Part shown: positions 6,565-13,314 of the stretch, in pieces
Layout of the letters: each line of letters starts with the position of its first letter
How positions within the stretch are numbered: the stretch's first letter is position 1
Virus genome (UHGV): UHGV-0043514
Source of the DNA: a virus
Direction: 5' to 3' (one strand)
Length of the DNA: 16,909 nt
The notes under the pieces: generated by a model
What the model was told of the DNA's origin: nothing
Seen by the model: the letters and a program-made list of their open reading frames with translations, nothing else
Database searches by the model: none
Translations under genes and position numbers: made by a program

Positions 6565-7215
6565 TTAAGGAAGGTTTGCTAGCTTGGCATCAACGACAAC
6601 GCCAATGATTTTACAGTTCCCATTGATTTCAATCATTGGGTATTGTGGATTGAGTGGTTTCAGGAATTTTCTACCGGCATCAATAACTAACTTTTTGAAT
6701 GTCGCCTCGTTTTCTCCTTCAAGTTTGGCGACTACCAGCTTTCCATTACGTGGTTCGACTTCTGGGTCGACGAGAATAATCATCCCCTCAGGAATACTCA
6801 GTCCTGCCGGGGCAGTCATTGAATCGCCTTTAACGTCGAGCCAAAAAGAGTCTTCAGAACAATCTACCGTTGTGTCGTACCAGTTATCTATTGCACGCCT
6901 ATGATATGGCTCTACAGCTTCCATCCAACATCCTGCGCTTACCCAACTAATTAGAGGATACGAACCTCTTGGATCATGCCTGCTGTGATAGGCAATGTTT
7001 GAAAGACTATCCTCTCCTTTCAACAGGTAATCAGGGGAGCACTGCAAAGCCTTGGCTAAGGCCAATAGGTTTTCGCCATTGGGCTCAGTTTCAGATCGCT
7101 CCCATTGGGAAATAGCAACATTAGACACGCCAACCATCTTGCCAAGGGCAGCCTGCCTAATCTTGAGTTCTTTTCTGCGAGCGCGAATACGCTCACCCAT
7201 CAGTTGTGTATTCAT
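6565..7215 (-). CDS. cI: Phage repressor, P22 C2 type (216 aa): N-terminal helix-turn-helix, C-terminal LexA-like autopeptidase domain
   Basis: MNTQLMGERIRARRKELKIRQAALGKMVGVSNVAISQWERSETEPNGENLLALAKALQCSPDYLL... matches P22 C2 as recalled; catalytic-domain motifs GDSM and KLVVAKLEGENEATFKKL. Confidence 0.93.
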   Translation of the reverse strand: MNTQLMGERIRARRKELKIRQAALGKMVGVSNVAISQWERSETEPNGENLLALAKALQCSPDYLLKGEDSLSNIAYHSRHDPRGSYPLISWVSAGCWMEAVEPYHRRAIDNWYDTTVDCSEDSFWLDVKGDSMTAPAGLSIPEGMIILVDPEVEPRNGKLVVAKLEGENEATFKKLVIDAGRKFLKPLNPQYPMIEINGNCKIIGVVVDAKLANLP

Positions 7216-7290
7216 AGTTAAGACATCTTAAATAAACTTGACTTAAGATTCCTTTGGTGGATAATTTAAGTGTTCTTTAATTTCGGAGCG
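7216..7290. promoter_or_regulatory. OR operators with divergent pRM/pR
   Basis: AGTTAAGACATCTTAAAT (7216-7233), a middle site around 7237-7254, and ATTTAAGTGTTCTTTAAT (7264-7281, which matches the P22 OR1 sequence as I recall it); between the divergent repressor and cro genes. Confidence 0.7.
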
Positions 7291-7295
7291 AGTCT

Positions 7296-7481
7296 ATGTA
7301 CAAAAAAGATGTTATTGACCACTTCGGAACCCAGCGTGCTGTTGCTAAAGCACTAGGCATTAGCGATGCAGCAGTCTCTCAGTGGAAAGAAGTTATCCCA
7401 GAGAAAGACGCCTATCGATTGGAAATCGTTACAGCTGGCGCCCTGAAGTATCAAGAAAGTGCTTACCGCCAAGCGGCATAA
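7296..7481 (+). CDS. cro: Cro repressor (61 aa)
   Basis: MYKKDVIDHFGTQRAVAKALGISDAAVSQWKEVIPEKDAYRLEIVTAGALKYQ; helix-turn-helix; divergent from the repressor gene; GGAG Shine-Dalgarno. Confidence 0.9.
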   Translation: MYKKDVIDHFGTQRAVAKALGISDAAVSQWKEVIPEKDAYRLEIVTAGALKYQESAYRQAA

Positions 7482-7486
7482 GCAAA

Positions 7487-7527
7487 TTGCTCTTTAACAG
7501 TTCTGGCCTTTCACCTCTAACCGGGTG
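7487..7527 (+). promoter_or_regulatory. nutR: boxA (GCTCTTTAACA) plus boxB hairpin with loop containing CUAACCG
   Basis: tGCTCTTTAACAg at 7486-7498; downstream UCACC-UCUAACCG-GGUGA; the same loop motif as nutL. Confidence 0.55.
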
Positions 7528-7596
7528 AGCAAACATCAGCGGCAAATCCATTGGGTGTGCCGCTATAACTCAATATCAATATAGGTAAATTAACAA

Positions 7597-7893
7597 ATGG
7601 CACAAGCAAGCTACAGCAAGCCAACACAGCGAGAAATTGATCGCGCAGAAACAGATTTACTCATCAACCTGTCAACGCTTACCCAGCGCGGTCTGGCAAA
7701 GATGATTGGCTGTCATGAATCGAAGATAAGCAGAACGGACTGGAGATTTATTGCTTCGGTCTTGTGTGCTTTCGGAATGGCATCAGACATCAGTCCGATT
7801 AGCAGGGCTTTTAAGTATGCGCTTGATGGACTCATCAATAAAAAACGCCCGGCGGCAACCGAGCGTTCTGATCAAATACAAATGGGATTTTAA
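7597..7893 (+). CDS. cII: CII-family transcriptional activator (P22 C1-like, 98 aa)
   Basis: C-terminus NKKRPAATERSDQIQMGF is nearly identical to the lambda CII C-terminus (KKRPAATERSEQIQMEF); helix-turn-helix in the centre; position after cro and nutR. Confidence 0.88.
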   Translation: MAQASYSKPTQREIDRAETDLLINLSTLTQRGLAKMIGCHESKISRTDWRFIASVLCAFGMASDISPISRAFKYALDGLINKKRPAATERSDQIQMGF

Positions 7894-7916
7894 CAACATC
7901 CAACGAGGTAATTATA

Positions 7917-8188
7917 TGCGAAACAAAGGCTTTAATCCACCTGATACACACAAAGAAGCTAAGCGTTTGCGCTTCCTTCGTTCCATTGATGAAAGAACTC
8001 AAATCTCTTTTGTGAAAGTTGCCAGAACTGAGCTTCTGAAGGCTGAGGCGAGGGCGTTGCTCCCGTCTCTACCGAAAGAGGATGGATATACGTTCATTCC
8101 AAACGCATTTCTGGAAAAGCTGCTCAAAGAAGACATATCCGTAAGTCAGTTTAACGATGTTCTTAAGGTCTTTCGTCAAGGCAGGTAG
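7917..8188 (+). CDS. Hypothetical protein (90 aa) between cII and the replication initiator
   Basis: ATG 7917 with GAGG 8 nt upstream; MRNKGFNPPDTHKEAKRLRFLRSIDERTQISFVKVARTELLKAEARALLPSLPKEDGYTF...; the track's 145-aa ORF overlaps cII, so the shorter start is preferred. Confidence 0.45.
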
Positions 8189-8190
8189 TT

Positions 8191-9138
8191 ATGAGCAATA
8201 CAGCAAAAATCTACGATTTCAGCGCCGCACACGAGCGCAGGAGCAACAGGATGGAGAACCAGAAAACTGGTTACATTCCGTTGTACCGGAGCATTCTGAA
8301 ACAGTCATGGGCGAAAGATGTTTATCTTCGCACCCTGTGGGAAAACCTTCTCCTGAATGCCGCCAGAAAGCCATACAAAGCGAATTTCAAAGGTCATGAA
8401 TGGCATCTGCAACCCGGTCAACTGGTTGTGACAGCAGCTGATTTAGGTCTTCAGTTATGCGACAGACATGGCAAGCCAGCAAGCCGTGATCAGGTTGAGC
8501 GGATGCTTCAGGTTTTTGTGAAAGAGGGGATGATCTCCATTGATGGAGAGAAGCAAAAAGGTCGTGTGATAACCATCACAAATTACCATGAATATGCTCA
8601 AAAAATGGACAATTTACCCGCACATGAAGCCGCACAAACAACCGCACATGATTCCGCACATGGAGAAGCCAGTAATGGCGCGGCTTTCAGCGCACATGCC
8701 GCACATGAAAGCGCACATGAAAGCGCACATGAAGCCGCACATCATGAACAAGAAGGTATTAACAAGAATATAAATAATACCCCCCTACCCCCCAATGGGG
8801 GAGGCGATGGGCAGGTTAAACCTGAACGTCGCAAGGCAGAACGAATCGACTACGAATCCTTCCTGAACGCCTACAACACCGAAGTAGGTGACAGACTGCC
8901 ACACGCTGTTGCGGTCAACGAGAAACGCAAACGCCGCCTGAAGAAAATCATCCCGCAACTGAAAACGCCAAACGTGGACGGTTTCAGAGCGTATGTCAGG
9001 GCGTTTGTGCATCAGGCCAAGCCGTTTTACTTCGGAGACAACGACACGGGCTGGACAGCTGATTTTGATTACCTGTTGAGGGAAGATTCGTTAACGGGAG
9101 TACGGGAAGGGAAGTTTGCAGACAGGGGGATTGCATGA
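8191..9138 (+). CDS. Replication initiator (lambda O / P22 gp18 functional type, 315 aa) with a repetitive His/Ala/Glu linker encoded by the iteron-like repeats
   Basis: Position immediately upstream of the DnaB-like helicase; N-terminal DNA-binding-like domain; linker [16 protein letters not shown]...[19 protein letters not shown] encoded by reiterated CGCACATGA units. Confidence 0.7.
   Translation: MSNTAKIYDFSAAHERRSNRMENQKTGYIPLYRSILKQSWAKDVYLRTLWENLLLNAARKPYKANFKGHEWHLQPGQLVVTAADLGLQLCDRHGKPASRDQVERMLQVFVKEGMISIDGEKQKGRVITITNYHEYAQKMDNLPAHEAAQTTAHDSAHGEASNGAAFSAHAAHESAHESAHEAAHHEQEGINKNINNTPLPPNGGGDGQVKPERRKAERIDYESFLNAYNTEVGDRLPHAVAVNEKRKRRLKKIIPQLKTPNVDGFRAYVRAFVHQAKPFYFGDNDTGWTADFDYLLREDSLTGVREGKFADRGIA
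8617..8800. repeat. Candidate replication origin: about nine CGCACATGA-type repeats at 12-bp periodicity, an AT-rich tract, and a CCCCC-AAT-GGGGG palindrome
   Basis: Repeats at 8619, 8631, 8643, 8655, 8691, 8700, 8712, 8724, 8736; AT-rich 8751-8780 (aacaagaatataaataata); palindrome 8783-8797; all inside the initiator ORF, as in the lambda ori/O arrangement. Confidence 0.5.
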
Positions 9139-10511
9139 GACAGGATATCGAAGCGAGCGTTATCGGTGGCCTGCTGATTGGTGGATTAACACCAACTGCC
9201 AGTGACGTTCTGGCAACGCTTGAGCCGGAAGCGTTTTCAATTCCGCTCTACCGGAAAGCCTTCGAGGTTATCCGCAAGCAGGCGCGAAACAGAAATTTAA
9301 TCGACGCGCTGATGGTTGCCGAGGCGTGCGGAGAGGAGCATTTCACGTCAATCCTGATGACCAGCAAAAACTGCCCGAGTGCCGCAAACCTGAAGGGATA
9401 TGCCGGAATGGTCGCGGATAACTTTCACCGCCGTCTGGTGCTGGAAATCATGGATGAAATGCGTGAACCAATTCAGAGCGGAACCATCGACGCATCGAGT
9501 CAGGCGATGGATGAACTTGTAAAGCGTCTTTCAGCCATCAGAAAGCCCCGTGACGAGGTTAAACCGGTACGGTTAGGGGAAATCATCACCGACTACACTG
9601 ACACGCTTGACAGGCGTCTGAGGAACGGAGAAGAGTCAGATACCCTGAAGACCGGAATCGAAGAACTTGACGCTATCACCGGAGGGATGAACGCGGAAGA
9701 CCTGGTGATTATCGCCGCTCGTCCTGGTATGGGTAAAACCGAACTGGCGCTGAAGATTGCCGAAGGCGTTGCAAGCCGCGTTATTCCTGGTTCTGACGTC
9801 CGGCGCGGGGTATTGATTTTCTCAATGGAAATGAGCGCATTGCAGATTGCAGAGCGAAGCATTGCCAACGCCGGGAGGATGTCGGTTAGCGTACTGCGAA
9901 ATCCTGCATCGATGGATGACGAGGGCTGGGAACGTGTTGCTAACGGCATGAGTCAGCTTGCAGATTTGGATGTATGGGTAGTCGATGCCTCGCGGTTATC
10001 GGTCGAAGAAATACGCTCAATCGCAGAACGGCACAAACAGGAAAATCCAAACCTGTCACTCATCATGGCGGATTATCTTGGCCTGATTGAGAAGCCGAAA
10101 GCAGACCGCAACGACCTCGCAATTGCTCACATCTCCGGAAGCCTGAAGGCGATGGCGAAAGACCTGAAAACACCGGTTATCTCCCTGAGTCAGCTTTCGC
10201 GCGATGTTGAGAAGCGACCAAACAAACGCCCGACAAACGCAGATTTGCGTGATTCAGGAAGCATTGAGCAGGACGCAGACTCAATCATCATGCTCTATCG
10301 GGAAGCTGTATATGACGAGAACAGTAGCGCCGCGCCATTTGCTGAAATCATCGTGACGAAAAACCGTTTTGGCTCGCTTGGTACGGTTTACCAGCGGTTC
10401 TGTAACGGACACTTTGTTGCATGTGACCAGGATGAAGCCAGACAGATTTGCACAGCATCAAATGCACCTGCTGCGCGTGGCAGACGATATGCACAAGGGG
10501 CTGACGTATGA
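9135..10511 (+). CDS. DnaB-family replicative helicase (P22 gp12-like, 458 aa)
   Basis: Walker [16 protein letters not shown]; DnaB-type C-terminal RecA-like domain ([42 protein letters not shown]); start overlaps the initiator stop. Confidence 0.9.
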   Translation: MRQDIEASVIGGLLIGGLTPTASDVLATLEPEAFSIPLYRKAFEVIRKQARNRNLIDALMVAEACGEEHFTSILMTSKNCPSAANLKGYAGMVADNFHRRLVLEIMDEMREPIQSGTIDASSQAMDELVKRLSAIRKPRDEVKPVRLGEIITDYTDTLDRRLRNGEESDTLKTGIEELDAITGGMNAEDLVIIAARPGMGKTELALKIAEGVASRVIPGSDVRRGVLIFSMEMSALQIAERSIANAGRMSVSVLRNPASMDDEGWERVANGMSQLADLDVWVVDASRLSVEEIRSIAERHKQENPNLSLIMADYLGLIEKPKADRNDLAIAHISGSLKAMAKDLKTPVISLSQLSRDVEKRPNKRPTNADLRDSGSIEQDADSIIMLYREAVYDENSSAAPFAEIIVTKNRFGSLGTVYQRFCNGHFVACDQDEARQICTASNAPAARGRRYAQGADV

Positions 10512-10597
10512 CCATCTACATCACTGAGCTAATAACAGGCCTGCTGGTAATCGCAGGTCTTTTTATTTGGGGGAGAGTAAATCGTGGTTGAGTTAAT
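10508..10597 (+). CDS. Small hydrophobic peptide (29 aa), translationally coupled to the helicase gene (ATGA overlap)
   Basis: [27 protein letters not shown]; single predicted transmembrane helix; not in the ORF track (below its size cut-off). Confidence 0.3.
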
Positions 10598-10790
10598 TTT
10601 CTCTGCATTGAGGATTCTCGGTGCTATGTGGATGGTGTCGACGTTCATTGTGGTTGTCGGAAGTTTTGTCCGGTTGGTAGGCGAAGGTAAAGACCTGGTG
10701 GGTGTGCTTTTCGGTAGCATTTTCCTGTGGGTGATTATCGGTGTTATGCCTGTTGTCGTTGCAAAAGTGGCGTGGCGTTTTGTGAGTTGA
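10584..10790 (+). CDS. Small membrane protein (68 aa, two predicted transmembrane helices)
   Basis: GTG start with a GGGGGAGAG Shine-Dalgarno-like stretch upstream; [68 protein letters not shown]. Confidence 0.45.
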   Translation: MVELIFSALRILGAMWMVSTFIVVVGSFVRLVGEGKDLVGVLFGSIFLWVIIGVMPVVVAKVAWRFVS

Positions 10791-10807
10791 ACTGAGGGTA
10801 AGTACCG

Positions 10808-11185
10808 ATGGACGAATCAAGAAAGCAGTTTGAAGAAAGTTGGTTGCGACGTGGAGGCGAATCATCAGACCTTATCCGTTACCCTGAAAATTACCATGAA
10901 ATTGGCAGTGGTGATATTGGTGGTCAATACGTGATGGACGATGTTCAAGGCCACTGGCAAACGTGGCAGGCATCGCGAGCAGCTATTGAACTGGATATCG
11001 ACTGGCCCGAATCGAATGACGACTTTTGGAAAGATGGTGAAGAAGGTGCTTATGCGATGGGGCATGAGGATGGGAAGGACAAAACGGTAATTGCAGTGAT
11101 GAAAGCTATCAGAGCCGCTGGAATTAAAGAGAAGAATTTCGATGAAGCAAATATACATACTTCGCAACGAAGCAATCAGAAATAA
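10808..11185 (+). CDS. Hypothetical acidic phage protein (125 aa)
   Basis: ATG with GAGGGT upstream; Asp/Glu/Trp-rich (DIDWPESNDDFWKDGEEGAYAMGHEDG); overlaps the ninB start by 44 nt. Confidence 0.5.
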   Translation: MDESRKQFEESWLRRGGESSDLIRYPENYHEIGSGDIGGQYVMDDVQGHWQTWQASRAAIELDIDWPESNDDFWKDGEEGAYAMGHEDGKDKTVIAVMKAIRAAGIKEKNFDEANIHTSQRSNQK

Positions 11186-11588
11186 CGCCATAGACGCCAT
11201 TCTCTCACTACCCATCGACGACAAGTCACCCCACGAAGTCCACGTTAGAGAACCCAAACGCAGCAAAGCGCAGAATGACCGTATGTGGCCGATGCTGAAC
11301 GATGTTTCGCGTCAGGTGCTATGGCATGGTCAACGGCTGGCGCCGGAAGACTGGAAAGACCTGTTCACTGCCCTGTGGCTTAAGACCAAAAAAATGGAGC
11401 AAAGAAGTGCGCCTGGTATCGACGGTGGCGTTGTTATGCTTGGCGTGCGTACCAGCAAAATGCGAAAGGCCAGCATGACTGAGCTTATCGAAATCATGTT
11501 CTGGTTCGGCTCAGAGCGCAACGTGCGGTGGAGTGATGACTCCCGGCGAGAGTATGAATGGTCACAACGAAAAGGGAAGGCTGCATGA
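11142..11588 (+). CDS. ninB: NinB-family protein (recombination-associated, lambda orf146 type; 148 aa)
   Basis: QNDRMWPMLNDVSRQVLWHGQRLAPEDWKDLFTA...[21 protein letters not shown] parallels lambda NinB (QNRKLWACLGDVSRQVEWHGRWLDAESWKCVFTA...) as recalled. Confidence 0.85.
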   Translation: MKQIYILRNEAIRNNAIDAILSLPIDDKSPHEVHVREPKRSKAQNDRMWPMLNDVSRQVLWHGQRLAPEDWKDLFTALWLKTKKMEQRSAPGIDGGVVMLGVRTSKMRKASMTELIEIMFWFGSERNVRWSDDSRREYEWSQRKGKAA

Positions 11589-12112
11589 CTATCAAATCAA
11601 ATACGCCATCACACGACAAGGACTGCTGGCAAACGCCGCTTTGGCTTTTTGATGCGCTGGATATTGAGTTTGGATTCTGGCTGGACTCGGCAGCGAGCGA
11701 CAAAAATGCTCTGTGCGCTCACTGGCTAACTGAGGCCGACGACGCGCTAAATTCTGAGTGGATAAGCCACGGTGCAATCTGGAATAACCCACCGTACAGC
11801 AATATCAGGCCGTGGGTGGAAAAAGCCGCTGAGCAGTGCATACAACAGCGACAGACGGTAGTTATGCTTGTGCCAGAGGATATGTCAGTCGGATGGTTCA
11901 GCAAGGCTCTGGAGAGTGTCGACGAAGTTCGCATTATCACTGATGGACGGATTAATTTTATCGAACCATCGACAGGGCTGGAGAAGAAGGGAAACAGCAA
12001 AGGCTCCATGCTGCTGATTTGGCGACCGTTCATCAGTCCTCGACGGATGTTTACTACCGTATCCAAAGCGGCATTGATGGCGATCGGGCAGGGCGTCAGG
12101 AGGGCGGCATGA
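11585..12112 (+). CDS. dam: Phage orphan DNA N6-adenine methyltransferase (Dam-like; 175 aa from ATG 11585, the track's ORF starts at 11558)
   Basis: Catalytic NPPY motif (IWNNPPYSN); N-terminal [22 protein letters not shown] typical of phage Dam-type methyltransferases; ATGA overlap with the ninB stop; no restriction endonuclease partner seen. Confidence 0.8.
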   Translation: MTIKSNTPSHDKDCWQTPLWLFDALDIEFGFWLDSAASDKNALCAHWLTEADDALNSEWISHGAIWNNPPYSNIRPWVEKAAEQCIQQRQTVVMLVPEDMSVGWFSKALESVDEVRIITDGRINFIEPSTGLEKKGNSKGSMLLIWRPFISPRRMFTTVSKAALMAIGQGVRRAA

Positions 12113-12285
12113 GGCGACAGCGACGAAGTTTCACCGACATCATCTGCGAAAACTGCAAATACCTTCCAACGAAACGCTCCAGAAATAAACGCAAGCCAAT
12201 CCCAAAAGAATCTGACGTAAAAACCTTCAATTACACAGCTCACCTGTGGGATATCCGGTGGCTAAGACATCGTGCGAGGAAATAA
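12109..12285 (+). CDS. ninE: NinE-family protein (58 aa)
   Basis: [58 protein letters not shown], near-identical to lambda NinE as recalled; ATGA overlap with the methyltransferase stop. Confidence 0.8.
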   Translation: MRRQRRSFTDIICENCKYLPTKRSRNKRKPIPKESDVKTFNYTAHLWDIRWLRHRARK

Positions 12286-12290
12286 GGGGA

Positions 12291-12320
12291 TTGACGCGAT
12301 GATTTATCCGGGGCTATATT
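12291..12320 (+). promoter_or_regulatory. Sigma70-like promoter (TTGACG, 17-bp spacer, CTATAT/TATATT) immediately after ninE
   Basis: -35 TTGACG at 12291-12296; -10 CTATAT at 12314-12319; predicted start near 12327. Confidence 0.5.
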
Positions 12321-12381
12321 CCCAGCATGCCAGCAAAATCTGGCGTCGGGATTGGCGTCCCGGATAGAGACCGCGACAGAC

Positions 12382-12404
12382 ACACGCCGCGAGCGTGTTT
12401 TTTT
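12382..12404 (+). terminator. Strong intrinsic terminator (ACACGC-CGCGA-GCGTGT followed by T7)
   Basis: 6-bp GC-rich stem, 5-nt loop, then tttttttatt; about 75 nt downstream of the predicted start of the 12291 promoter. Confidence 0.6.
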
Positions 12405-12565
12405 ATTGTCGAATGCACGCGCACATCTGAATTATGGTGGGCTGTGTGGGGGCGGAGAGATCCGCGCCGGTCGGTTTCCCGGTTACGCCAACCCTGCACA
12501 GTTCACCACCAGACGATTGGCGTCGTCGGTGGTGAGTTATTTAGAAACCACTCGAGGGCGTCATT

Positions 12566-13246
12566 ATGACAACTCAAATCTCTGTTGAAACTCTCTCCCC
12601 GATCACCCATAACCAGATTCCTGTTATTACCACCGAACTTTTGGCGCAGCTTTATGGCACAGAAATTCTGAACATCCAGGTTAACTTCACCAGAAACAAA
12701 GAGCGTTTTGTCGAAGGAAAGCACTTTTTTAAAGCATCTGGTGAGGAATTAAAAAATTTGCGACTTACTTTAAGTAAGTCACAAAACCCCATATCTCCCA
12801 AAGCCCGCTCCCTTATCCTCTGGACAGAACGCGGAGCAGCCCGTCATGCAAAAATGCTCGAAACCGATCAGGCGTGGGATGTGTTCGAAAAACTGGAAGA
12901 CTGCTATTTCAGCGAGTGCGAGAAAAATACTGGCAAACAAGAGAAGAAGCCCAACGGGCTTTCCGCAAAAGAAACAGACATCCTTGTATGGCTGTGGGAT
13001 TATGCCAACCGCTCACAGGCATTGTTCCGTGAGTTGTATCCCGCATTAAAACTGATTCAGTCTGGCTATTCCGGCATATGCCACGACTACGGCTATGAGT
13101 TCTCGTATATCATCGGGAGGGCGAGGGGCGTTTTAATTAATCACACGCGGGATATAGATATTTATGAGCCTGACGGGCCGACGAACCTTCTGGCATGGGA
13201 AAGGCTTAAGAACAAAGAGTTGCCGCCTTCACTGCATCGCTACTGA
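12566..13246 (+). CDS. ORF6N-domain (KilA-N-related) phage regulatory / antirepressor-like protein with an unassigned C-terminal half (226 aa)
   Basis: N-terminal half ([16 protein letters not shown]...[19 protein letters not shown]...[38 protein letters not shown]) fits the ORF6N pattern as I recall it; residues from about 120 to 226 match nothing I recognise; GAGGG Shine-Dalgarno 7 nt upstream. Confidence 0.6.
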   Translation: MTTQISVETLSPITHNQIPVITTELLAQLYGTEILNIQVNFTRNKERFVEGKHFFKASGEELKNLRLTLSKSQNPISPKARSLILWTERGAARHAKMLETDQAWDVFEKLEDCYFSECEKNTGKQEKKPNGLSAKETDILVWLWDYANRSQALFRELYPALKLIQSGYSGICHDYGYEFSYIIGRARGVLINHTRDIDIYEPDGPTNLLAWERLKNKELPPSLHRY

Positions 13247-13263
13247 CAATTGACAACTTAACA

Positions 13264-13288
13264 AACCCAGCTTCGGCTGGGTTTTTTA
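13264..13288 (+). terminator. Intrinsic terminator (AAACCCAGC-UUCG-GCUGGGUUU followed by T-run), bidirectional in form
   Basis: Perfect GC-rich stem with UUCG tetraloop, flanked by an A-run upstream and T6 downstream; 18 nt after the ORF6N gene stop. Confidence 0.6.
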
Positions 13289-13314
13289 TTGCTGAATTTT
13301 CAATGTGAGAGGAC

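Noticed and set aside
7751-8188. 145-aa version of the ORF downstream of cII
   Set aside because: The upstream part overlaps the cII coding sequence in another frame; the internal ATG at 7917 with a GAGG Shine-Dalgarno is more plausible.
8617-8750. Possible CRISPR-like array suggested by regularly spaced short repeats
   Set aside because: Repeat unit is only 9-12 bp with no unique spacers of CRISPR length, lies inside a coding sequence, and no cas genes are nearby; better explained as origin iterons or a linker repeat.
8588-8773. ORF-track protein of 61 aa rich in repeated HMK/PHM units
   Set aside because: It is an alternative reading frame of the iteron-like repeat region inside the replication initiator gene; the repetitive peptide is a by-product of the DNA repeats.
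9593-9949. Minus-strand ORF (118 aa) inside the helicase gene, and minus-strand ORFs at 10529..10720, 10593..10865, 10865..11266, 11330..11521, 11494..11703, 11592..11792 and 11719..12243
   Set aside because: Antisense to confidently assigned plus-strand genes (helicase, ninB, methyltransferase) with no independent support; the whole region is a rightward operon.
12019-12285. 88-aa version of the ninE ORF and the 8157..8399 ORF overlapping the initiator start
   Set aside because: Both are upstream extensions into the preceding gene; the shorter forms start at ATGs with Shine-Dalgarno sequences and ATGA coupling.
12327-12588. Two overlapping plus-strand ORFs (80 and 78 aa) between ninE and the ORF6N gene
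   Set aside because: Both run straight through a strong intrinsic terminator, lack ribosome-binding sites, and have a low-complexity Arg/Gly/Val composition typical of GC-rich non-coding frames.
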